59,649 bases of DNA, taken from positions 1 through 59,649 of IMG/VR virus record IMGVR_UViG_3300008262_000102. One strand, written 5' to 3'. The notes under the pieces are model-generated. The model did no database searches and had not been told where the DNA came from. It saw only the letters and a program-made list of their open reading frames with translations. The DNA is from a virus (taxonomy: Duplodnaviria > Caudoviricetes). Of this stretch, positions 47,375 to 53,844 are shown piece after piece (position 1 is the stretch's first letter; each line of letters starts with the position of its first letter). Made by a program: the position numbers and the translations under genes.

Positions 47375-47595
47375 TTTGTAAGCCTACGTCACGTTTATCG
47401 TAGATTTATTCAGGACTTACCGGCCGCCTAGCCTGACCTCGAGCACGATGGATATCACTTGGGTTTCCACCAGCGTAGTCTCCTTTACAGACCTCCGCAG
47501 TTCCCCGCGGGTGGGAGTTGAACCCATTTGCCTTTTGCGTCTAAGTACCTTCGAAGAATACTTTGAACGTGTTTCCACTTGCTGACGCTTACAAA
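47375..47595 (-). ncRNA. candidate Y-RNA-like (circularly permuted tRNA-mimic) ncRNA
   Basis: Terminal stem UUUGUAAGC.GUCA/UGAC..GCUUACAAA; inside: T arm, loop-closed GC stem, then D-like arm. Confidence 0.5.
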
Positions 47596-47598
47596 ACT

Positions 47599-47673
47599 TG
47601 GTGCCCCAGGAAGGAATCGAACCTCCGCACCCTGCTTACAAGGCAGGACCTCTACCACTAAGGATACAAGGGC
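47599..47673 (-). tRNA. tRNA-Thr(TGT)
   Basis: CCTGC-CTTGTAA-GCAGG, CCA. Confidence 0.9.
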
Positions 47674-47679
47674 AAAAAC

Positions 47680-47755
47680 TGGTCTCCCTACTTGGATTCG
47701 AACCAAGACCCTACGGCCCCAAACCGCAAATGCAACCAGATAACACTTTAGAGAG
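47680..47755 (-). tRNA. tRNA-Pro(TGG)
   Basis: Loop TTTGGGG, CCA. Confidence 0.85.
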
Positions 47756-47760
47756 ATAAT

Positions 47761-47835
47761 TGGTGGAGGCCGAGAGTATCGAACTCTTCTAGACATGATT
47801 CTTGCAAGGAACCACCGCAGCCCTCTGCTGCCCCC
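47761..47835 (-). tRNA. tRNA-Ala(TGC), atypical D arm
   Basis: G3:U70, loop CTTGCAA, D arm GCAG-AGGG-CTGC, no U8. Confidence 0.75.
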
Positions 47836-47849
47836 GAATTTAAAAATAG

Positions 47850-48004
47850 GTTTTCCGAGTGCCCAACTATCCTCCTGGGAGGACTCACTGGATTGTCTCG
47901 ACAGGGCAAGTTTATGCTACCGTCATAGCCGTCTGTGGTGTCATACAGCCGACCTAAACTGTACTAGGCTTGCGGGACTCAAACCCTGCGTCTATCTCAG
48001 AAAC
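47850..48004 (-). ncRNA. candidate stem-closed ncRNA with T-loop-like arm
   Basis: GUUUCUGAG/CUCGGAAAAC ends; GCAGGG-UUUGAGU-CCCGC near the 5' end. Confidence 0.4.
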
Positions 48005-48005
48005 T

Positions 48006-48080
48006 TGGTGGTAAAGGTGAGATTCGAACTCACACTGGGCACCGTATGAAGGTGTTGCACAACCATTATGCTACTTTACC
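48006..48080 (-). tRNA. tRNA-CAT (elongator Met or Ile2)
   Basis: Loop TTCATAC, CCA. Confidence 0.85.
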
Positions 48081-48207
48081 ATATGTTAACACACTCGGCT
48101 CCCCTTACAACCTTGTTCCTGTCAATTCAGGATGCACCTGGAATGAACCCAGCGGATCCCCTTGGTTGTTTGTATCTGTCAATTCAGATTGAAAGTGTGT
48201 TAGCATA
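48081..48207 (-). ncRNA. candidate stem-closed small RNA with twin CUG-AAUUGA-CAG hairpins
   Basis: Terminal stem AUAUGCUAACACACU/AGUGUGUUAACAUAU exactly fills the gap between two tRNAs. Confidence 0.5.
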
Positions 48208-48282
48208 TGGTAGGGGCACAGGGACTCGAACCCTGATAGACCGGTTAAAAGCCGGCTATTCTAGCCTTTGAATTATACCCCC
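48208..48282 (-). tRNA. tRNA-Lys(TTT)
   Basis: Loop CTTTTAA, CCA. Confidence 0.9.
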
Positions 48283-48285
48283 ATA

Positions 48286-48360
48286 TGGTCCACGCTCTGA
48301 GAATCGAACTCAGTTAGTCCGGTTAAGAGCCGGGTACTTCGCCACTAAAGTTTAGCGTGG
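48286..48360 (-). tRNA. tRNA-Lys(CTT)
   Basis: Loop CTCTTAA, CCA. Confidence 0.85.
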
Positions 48361-48446
48361 ATGGATCGTAAATATTTTCTTTTACGTGCCATCTAAGACC
48401 ATACGGGGGTCAAAGATGACACTAACGTTTACCTGAACGTTTCATG

Positions 48447-48575
48447 TCATTCTCCTTGTTTAATATTACGTTTTTGTGCTTGTCTTTCTGACTTCCAGAA
48501 GATTCGCTTCCAGTCCTTGAGGTGCTTCCACCATTGAGGACTCTTAGTAAGATTGCCTTGCTTTACATTCGCCAT
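48447..48575 (-). CDS. small basic Trp-rich protein (42 aa)
   Basis: MANVKQGNLTKSPQWWKHLKDWKRIFWKSERQAQKRNIKQGE*; SD AGGAG. Confidence 0.65.
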   Translation of the reverse strand: MANVKQGNLTKSPQWWKHLKDWKRIFWKSERQAQKRNIKQGE

Positions 48576-48589
48576 TGCTTTCTCCTATA

Positions 48590-48663
48590 TGGTTCCCAGA
48601 ACAAGAATCGAACTTGTAATGACCGGTTATCAGCCGATTGTTATACCATTTAACTATCCGGGA
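48590..48663 (-). tRNA. tRNA-Ile(GAT)
   Basis: Loop CTGATAA, CCA. Confidence 0.9.
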
Positions 48664-48669
48664 ATAATT

Positions 48670-48759
48670 TGGCGGAAGTGGTAGGATTCGAACCCACGGC
48701 CCCTTTCGGAACTTCAGTTTTCAAGACTGCTGCCTTAAGCCAGACTCAGCCACACTTCC
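48670..48759 (-). tRNA. tRNA-Ser(TGA)
   Basis: Loop CTTGAAA, long variable arm, GCCA. Confidence 0.9.
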
Positions 48760-48767
48760 TTAAACTT

Positions 48768-48848
48768 TGGTACCCCTGCCCGGACTCGAACCGGGATACA
48801 TAACACTCCTTTTGAGAGAGCTGCCTTTACCAATTTGGCCACAGGGGC
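48768..48848 (-). tRNA. tRNA-Leu(CAA)
   Basis: Loop CTCAAAA, CCA. Confidence 0.85.
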
Positions 48849-48850
48849 AT

Positions 48851-48928
48851 TGGAGTGTCGGGTCAGATTTGAACTGACGGTTTTACGGATTTGCAATCCG
48901 TTGCAATGGGCCTCTCTGCCACCGACAC
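48851..48928 (-). tRNA. tRNA-Cys(GCA)
   Basis: ACGGA-TTGCAAA-TCCGT, U73-CCA. Confidence 0.9.
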
Positions 48929-48932
48929 ATAA

Positions 48933-49024
48933 TGGTACCAGCGGAGGGAATCGAACCCTCTCAAGAACGCTAATCTGGCGCTAAAAGGTTTATAAAACCT
49001 CTCTGACTACCAAGTCTCGCTGGC
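48933..49024 (-). tRNA. tRNA-Ile(TAT), atypical (short D arm, long variable arm)
   Basis: GAGGT-TTTATAA-ACCTT; 92 nt; CCA. Confidence 0.7.
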
Positions 49025-49031
49025 ATATGAA

Positions 49032-49166
49032 TTTGTTTATCGTCACACAATGTCCAAGTCGTGCGCTGAACGTATCGACTACGTTTGCTACGGGCTTCAG
49101 GTACAGTAACAAGTGTCTTGGGCGACTCGCTACTCACATATGGGTAACCGTACACACATAAACAAA
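49032..49166 (-). ncRNA. candidate stem-closed small RNA
   Basis: Terminal stem UUUGUUUAU/AUAAACAAA between tRNA-Gly and tRNA-Ile. Confidence 0.35.
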
Positions 49167-49168
49167 AC

Positions 49169-49242
49169 TGGAGCGGGATAGGAGAATCGAACTCCTGACT
49201 AAACCTTGGCAAGGTTTCGTTTGACCATTAAACTAATCCCGC
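49169..49242 (-). tRNA. tRNA-Gly(GCC)
   Basis: AAACC-TTGCCAA-GGTTT, TCCA. Confidence 0.9.
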
Positions 49243-49245
49243 AAT

Positions 49246-49320
49246 TGGTACACGATACGAGAATCGAACTCGTCTTTCCGCCTTGAAAGGGCAGCGTCCT
49301 AACCGATAGACGAATCGTGC
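49246..49320 (-). tRNA. tRNA-Glu(TTC)
   Basis: Loop CTTTCAA, CCA. Confidence 0.9.
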
Positions 49321-49328
49321 AAATTGTT

Positions 49329-49402
49329 TGGCTACCCTCCAGGGACTCGAACCCCGACGAACAGTTTTGGAGACTGTCATGCTGCCATTACATTAGAGAG
49401 TA
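49329..49402 (-). tRNA. tRNA-Trp(CCA)
   Basis: ACAGT-CTCCAAA-ACTGT, GCCA. Confidence 0.9.
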
Positions 49403-49407
49403 ATATT

Positions 49408-49483
49408 TGGCTCCCCAGGGTAGGATCGAACTACCGACACCTTGATTAACAGTCAAGTGCAACTACCGCTGTGCTACTGGGGA
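49408..49483 (-). tRNA. tRNA-Asn(GTT)
   Basis: CTTGA-CTGTTAA-TCAAG, GCCA. Confidence 0.9.
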
Positions 49484-49489
49484 ATAAAC

Positions 49490-49565
49490 TGGCGCCTCGT
49501 AGGGGAGTCGAACCCCTGTATTCCGCTAGACAGGCGGATATAATAGACCGTTATATGAACGAGGC
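49490..49565 (-). tRNA. tRNA-Asp(GTC)
   Basis: TCCGC-CTGTCTA-GCGGA (U37), GCCA. Confidence 0.85.
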
Positions 49566-49569
49566 AATC

Positions 49570-49658
49570 TGGTGGAAGTGGTAGGATTCGAACCTACAAC
49601 GTTTCTTATGTGGCGGATTTACAGTCCGTTGCCTTCAACCAATTCAGCACACACTTCC
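49570..49658 (-). tRNA. tRNA-Tyr(GTA)
   Basis: Loop CTGTAAA, variable arm, CCA. Confidence 0.9.
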
Positions 49659-49912
49659 ATTATTTGTAAACACACTCTCCGCTATGCTTTTTGACACCGT
49701 CAAAGGGTGAAAGGAGAATGTGTGTATTAAAATATTCTAATAACGCCTGCTATGCAGTACTACGCTATGGGTGTAGCCGTCCCTATAGAATACTTTAATA
49801 CGCTGTAATTTTTCGCTCTAGAAGAAGAGTTTCATCCTACAGGCCGCCCGTTTGCTCTATGTTTTAAGTGCAGAGCGAGGACCTCGTTTCCTCTTTTTCA
49901 CACTTTGCGCTT

Positions 49913-50086
49913 TCAGTTTACACTAAACATCGGCAATTTTGCCAACGACTCGTGATACACTTTAGCACGATCGAACTTATCTTGAATAAGTTTTTGAAGT
50001 TGTTCTTTAGACATTTCTCCAAGAACACCTTCATAAGCCTGTTCAACAATACGTTCATTCAATTTTGCGTAATCTATCTGTTTCAT
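49913..50086 (-). CDS. small hypothetical protein (57 aa), first gene after the attenuator
   Basis: MKQIDYAKLNERIV...; SD AAGGA; the longer ORF-track start crosses the terminator. Confidence 0.6.
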   Translation of the reverse strand: MKQIDYAKLNERIVEQAYEGVLGEMSKEQLQKLIQDKFDRAKVYHESLAKLPMFSVN

Positions 50087-50099
50087 TTTTCCTTTGTTA

Positions 50100-50135
50100 A
50101 AAACAAAAAACCCCAGGGTTTTAATCCTAGGGTCC
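50100..50135 (-). terminator. attenuator (conditional Rho-independent terminator) upstream of the tRNA operon
   Basis: GACCCUAGG-AUUAAAAC-CCUGGGGUU followed by UUUUGUUUUU; the 5' arm GGACCCU is also complementary to AGGGUCC at 50180-50186. Confidence 0.75.
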
Positions 50136-50162
50136 TTGAAGTTTGTTGTGTTAACTTGTGTG

Positions 50163-50309
50163 TTACACGACAGTCCTCCGGACCCTTTGAATCTCTGGTG
50201 TACGATCATATGATAGACTTCCGCCATTAATCGATAACCAAGAACAGGCTATTACACCTGCCAGTTTGGGCATCGTATTAAATTGTTGATGTCTATTGAA
50301 CGATTGCAT
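50163..50309 (-). CDS. putative attenuator leader peptide (48 aa, all 20 amino acids)
   Basis: MQSFNRHQQFNTMPKLAGVIACSWLSINGGSLSYDRTPEIQRVRRTVV*; its 3' end forms the antiterminator arm. Confidence 0.65.
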   Translation of the reverse strand: MQSFNRHQQFNTMPKLAGVIACSWLSINGGSLSYDRTPEIQRVRRTVV

Positions 50310-50365
50310 TTTGCTTTCCAATTTACCTTTTCTTTATAAACAGCACCTTTGCTGCCTATGTGTTA

Positions 50366-50394
50366 ATTATAGCGCCTTTCGGCACACCTGTCAA
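50366..50394 (-). promoter_or_regulatory. sigma70-type promoter TTGACA-17-TATAAT (tRNA operon, proximal)
   Basis: Perfect consensus. Confidence 0.85.
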
Positions 50395-50464
50395 CCTCTT
50401 TTGTAATTTATTTTGTTGTATTTCTACAACACCTATGAACTACATTGTCTGCTAACTTGTTTCA

Positions 50465-50493
50465 ATTGTACATTTATTTAGCCAGGTTGTCAA
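50465..50493 (-). promoter_or_regulatory. sigma70-type promoter TTGACA-17-TACAAT (tandem)
   Basis: Near consensus, TAAATA in the spacer. Confidence 0.7.
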
Positions 50494-50549
50494 CCACTTT
50501 TTGTAATTCTGGCAAAAAAGTTTTGACTCTCTTCTAAACAACTGTGTGT

Positions 50550-50578
50550 AGTATACGACCTTTTTATTTAGCTGTCAA
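50550..50578 (-). promoter_or_regulatory. sigma70-type promoter TTGACA-17-TATACT (tandem)
   Basis: Near consensus, TAAATA in the spacer. Confidence 0.7.
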
Positions 50579-50617
50579 CTAAAATCTATATACTTTATGT
50601 GGCTTTTTTGCCACAGT

Positions 50618-50884
50618 TTATTCTGTGTCAGAGATACCAGTCTCACTGGAGATCAGTAAGTGCTTGCCAATCTCAAACAAGCCTATGCTACCAGGAAGGT
50701 CCAACGCACACACATGTATCTGTGTGATGCCATCTTCATCTATGCTGGCTGCTACGAACTCTGCGATCTCTCCACTCTGAACCATCAATCGCATTGCGTC
50801 AATGACATCGAGAAGATCTTGTTTGCGTTTAGCCTCGGCTTCTAGTTTTCCGCCTAATACAACTACTTTTGAATCTGTTTTCAT
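50618..50884 (-). CDS. hypothetical protein
   Basis: 88-aa ORF. Confidence 0.65.
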   Translation of the reverse strand: MKTDSKVVVLGGKLEAEAKRKQDLLDVIDAMRLMVQSGEIAEFVAASIDEDGITQIHVCALDLPGSIGLFEIGKHLLISSETGISDTE

Positions 50885-50891
50885 CTTGTTC

Positions 50892-51470
50892 TCACTCTAA
50901 AATATGATCAGCTATGCCTATGTCCAACACTTCTTGTGCGGTAAGGTACACATCCGATGGCGGCAGTAATTTTTTCTTGATTACCGATGGAGCAAGTCCA
51001 GTGGCTTCTTTGAGAATATTAATCATTTTGTCATTGCAGATATCATTTTCTTTCATAGTGGCTTTCAAATCATGATATTTGTTTTCCATGTTTTCTGAAA
51101 ATTGGTGACACATGAAACTGGTATTTTTAGCAGCATATCTCTGTCCTCGATCAGCGGCTGCAAAGATTAGAAAGGCAGCACTCATCACTGAGCCTATACC
51201 TATGCATCGAACCACATGAGGACTGGCCTGCATGACATCGATCAATCCAAACGCCTGATAGAGGTCGCCCCCTGTAGAATTTATATACAGAGTAAGAACT
51301 TTTTCTTTGGAGACGTCTAGATTTTCGCAGATCAGCCATTTGGCGCAGGCACCTACAGATTCTTCACAGATTTCACCGTTTAGAAAATACGTATTGTTTT
51401 CCAACAGTTTGAGATCAATGCGATCCTCGGCATTAAAATCTTCCAGTTTTCTCACTTTTTGCTCCATCAT
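50892..51470 (-). CDS. clpP: Clp protease proteolytic subunit (ClpP family)
   Basis: LYINSTGG, SVMSAAFLI (catalytic Ser), FMCHQ (His), DVYLTAQE...GIADHI. Confidence 0.85.
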   Translation of the reverse strand: MMEQKVRKLEDFNAEDRIDLKLLENNTYFLNGEICEESVGACAKWLICENLDVSKEKVLTLYINSTGGDLYQAFGLIDVMQASPHVVRCIGIGSVMSAAFLIFAAADRGQRYAAKNTSFMCHQFSENMENKYHDLKATMKENDICNDKMINILKEATGLAPSVIKKKLLPPSDVYLTAQEVLDIGIADHILE

Positions 51471-51512
51471 GTACTCTTACTTATGCTTTGTAATATTATA
51501 CTTTAATTACTG

Positions 51513-51896
51513 CTATAGACCAAAGAATACCCAACCAACCAAAAAGATATAGGTAATTTGATGAGCAAGCTGATCCAGCCCTAGCCAAAACCAAAATTTA
51601 TGGTCTGCGGGCGTATATTTGTATTTCTTATTAATGTTGATCTTAGCCCAATCGATATGATAGTGTGCTAGGAAATCTAAGAATGCTGTGATAATTCCTA
51701 TTACAGGATGTAACCAAGCAAAAGCCAAGAAGGTTCCGGCACTCTGCACAAGGCTGTGATAGATGCCGTGTTTTGCACCATAGATGCCTTTTTCTACAAC
51801 CATGCGATCTGTTTGCAGTGCAAAGTCTGCAATAAAGTGTTTTGTCTGCAGAATGAAGAAAACTATCAGTAGGGTTTCTATGTCTGTGAATGCCAT
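51513..51896 (-). CDS. DUF3307-family membrane protein
   Basis: KHFIADF.LQ, HYHIDW.K, LDQLAH. Confidence 0.75.
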   Translation of the reverse strand: MAFTDIETLLIVFFILQTKHFIADFALQTDRMVVEKGIYGAKHGIYHSLVQSAGTFLAFAWLHPVIGIITAFLDFLAHYHIDWAKININKKYKYTPADHKFWFWLGLDQLAHQITYIFLVGWVFFGL

Positions 51897-52147
51897 TGGC
51901 CGTCGCTCCAGTGTCTTGAATCGTAAAAATTAAAGTCTATGTTGACTCCGCACAGTCCGACACCTAGCTGTATACCACTGTGATCTTGTTTGGCAGTAAT
52001 GTTCACAGAGGCAGCAACGATGTCTGCACTGAGATAGATCTGCAGTTCCCAGAATTTATGTGCTATAGGAGTAATGCCGTGCCACACTCGAATATTTCGA
52101 AATCGATTCGAGCCGGGTATTCTAATATTAAAATTAAAATTAATCAT
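51878..52147 (-). CDS. hypothetical protein
   Basis: 89-aa ORF in a packed operon. Confidence 0.6.
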   Translation of the reverse strand: MINFNFNIRIPGSNRFRNIRVWHGITPIAHKFWELQIYLSADIVAASVNITAKQDHSGIQLGVGLCGVNIDFNFYDSRHWSDGQWHSQT

Positions 52148-52328
52148 TCGGCTGTTCTCGGAATCTGCTTAAAAAACTTTCCTCGTAACAACTGTATTCA
52201 CGATTAGAATCTTCGGGTGCATTTTCTTTGATATAATGAACCCAAGTATGCCCTTCTATCTCAATCACATGTATTACATGAAATTTTTGTCCGTTGTTGC
52301 CTTCCCACCTTGATCCCTCTTTGACCAT
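52140..52328 (-). CDS. hypothetical protein
   Basis: 62-aa ORF, SD AGGAG. Confidence 0.6.
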   Translation of the reverse strand: MVKEGSRWEGNNGQKFHVIHVIEIEGHTWVHYIKENAPEDSNREYSCYEESFLSRFREQPND

Positions 52329-52336
52329 AGCATCTC

Positions 52337-52744
52337 CTATTGTTTGAAAACCTCTGTCGATTCATTGTCGACGTTCTCAGTCATATGTAGCATAAATCTA
52401 TAGGCATCCCAGGCAGACTTGACTGAATGATTTTCACTGAGCTCGGTAGGGAACATATCTACCCAAACTGAGTTTTCTGGTTGACGATGGCGATGCAGGC
52501 CTTGTCTACGAGGCTGTAGTATTTTGTTTGTGCTCCACAATGCCAACGCCACTTCTTGGCATTTAGACTCATCTAAGCCGTAAAGATAATCGTCATCGCG
52601 ATACATGTATTGTTCTATTACATTCGCAAGTTGCGGTTCGTCATGTATAGAGGTAGCTGCAATGATAAATGCCACATCGTTGATGTCAACCGATCCCTTA
52701 ACGATATCGCGGACGCAACGTCCAAGGCTAAATCCTATTTTCAT
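52337..52744 (-). CDS. hypothetical protein
   Basis: 135-aa ORF with ATGA overlap. Confidence 0.65.
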   Translation of the reverse strand: MKIGFSLGRCVRDIVKGSVDINDVAFIIAATSIHDEPQLANVIEQYMYRDDDYLYGLDESKCQEVALALWSTNKILQPRRQGLHRHRQPENSVWVDMFPTELSENHSVKSAWDAYRFMLHMTENVDNESTEVFKQ

Positions 52745-52995
52745 TTTATTTCATCCGATGTTGTTATAAAGTCTTTAATAATTAGATTGAGAGCTTCAAT
52801 CCTGCGTATGTTACCTGTGACGTCTTCTGGATGTAACCAGTATCCGTCCGGGTTGTCCTCAGTCTTGGGATTCTTTTTCCATTGTGCTAATTCTTTCTTA
52901 AGATACGCACGATAGTCTTTGAGATTGAGACTGGTAATACGATCCGCAGTTTCACCATCAATCCACTGATAAGGTTTGTGTTTGGCTCTGCTCAT
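52741..52995 (-). CDS. hypothetical protein
   Basis: 84-aa ORF with ATGA overlap. Confidence 0.65.
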   Translation of the reverse strand: MSRAKHKPYQWIDGETADRITSLNLKDYRAYLKKELAQWKKNPKTEDNPDGYWLHPEDVTGNIRRIEALNLIIKDFITTSDEIK

Positions 52996-53219
52996 ACAAC
53001 ATGTCCTAACCCTGCATAGATTAGTTGATCCAATTCTGCTTGATAGTCTGCACGACCCATTCTACGTTTAAGCCAAATAGCTGTTAGCAAGTCTTTGGCA
53101 TCATACCCGCTGTCAACAGGTAGGGCACCACGTGACTCTAGTTCGTCCAACAAATCTTCAGTTTCGAAGTCGCCCAAGTCGACGTCTACTTCAACTTCTG
53201 TGTAAACTGTTTTATACAT
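52992..53219 (-). CDS. hypothetical protein
   Basis: 75-aa acidic ORF, SD GAGGA. Confidence 0.65.
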   Translation of the reverse strand: MYKTVYTEVEVDVDLGDFETEDLLDELESRGALPVDSGYDAKDLLTAIWLKRRMGRADYQAELDQLIYAGLGHVV

Positions 53220-53787
53220 GTTCTTCCTCGTCGCTGTTTAGGTGTTCGGGTTTGGTATGCAGATCGCAAGCAGTATAGATCCATCCGCCGCCGCGCCGTT
53301 CGCCGGGGTCACCACATTCTTCACAAGTAACTCCGCTCATTGCTTCTGCCAATGACACCATACCGCTGATATAGTCATCACCACCTGAATAGTAAAAACG
53401 CAGTGTGCCAAACTTTTCTTTAACTTGATCCAATGTTACTTGTGGAATAGCATCAGGTACTTGTCTAAAGTCTCCGGCAACAATTTCCGCAAGTCGTTTT
53501 TCTTTGTACGCAGGATCGATTGAATCTTTCATAGTTTCTTCAAACAGATCGAAGTTGCCTGCTTTGGCTTGCGTGGCCATTTCATTGTATTTGCGAGCAT
53601 ACTCACGTTGTTTGTCTTTCCAATCGATATGGTGCTGAATATTACCCATAAGCTGATTTAGAATATTGAACCAACCATCACCACATTCAAACCCCCAACA
53701 CATACAAGTTTCTTGCATGTTCTTATGGCGATTTACCATCATCTTTGGATACTTCTCGCAAAGCAATTTATCTAGTTCTTGTTTCAT
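53212..53787 (-). CDS. hypothetical phage protein (QVKEKFGTLRFY, CxxC)
   Basis: GFECGDGW, QVKEKFGTLRFY and CEECG motifs. Confidence 0.7.
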   Translation of the reverse strand: MKQELDKLLCEKYPKMMVNRHKNMQETCMCWGFECGDGWFNILNQLMGNIQHHIDWKDKQREYARKYNEMATQAKAGNFDLFEETMKDSIDPAYKEKRLAEIVAGDFRQVPDAIPQVTLDQVKEKFGTLRFYYSGGDDYISGMVSLAEAMSGVTCEECGDPGERRGGGWIYTACDLHTKPEHLNSDEEEHV

Positions 53788-53815
53788 TCTCAGTCCTTGA
53801 TAGCATACATAATAC

Positions 53816-53844
53816 ATTATAACATACTATTGATCGGCTGTCAA
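53816..53844 (-). promoter_or_regulatory. sigma70-type promoter TTGACA-17-TATAAT
   Basis: Perfect consensus. Confidence 0.8.

Noticed and set aside
40292-49212. Short ORFs overlapping tRNAs and ncRNAs (40292, 40681, 40891, 41670, 41840, 42419, 42982, 43476, 47485, 47795, 48068, 48970)
   Set aside because: They overlap clear RNA genes or structured leaders and have no coding signals
39605-49900. tmRNA, RNase P RNA, theta/HDV or hammerhead ribozymes and group I introns in the RNA island
   Set aside because: I could not find complete diagnostic motifs by eye; an Infernal search is needed to exclude them
49913-50227. 104-aa version of the 49913 ORF
   Set aside because: The extension crosses the terminator and overlaps the leader ORF in another frame; the ATG at 50086 has a good SD
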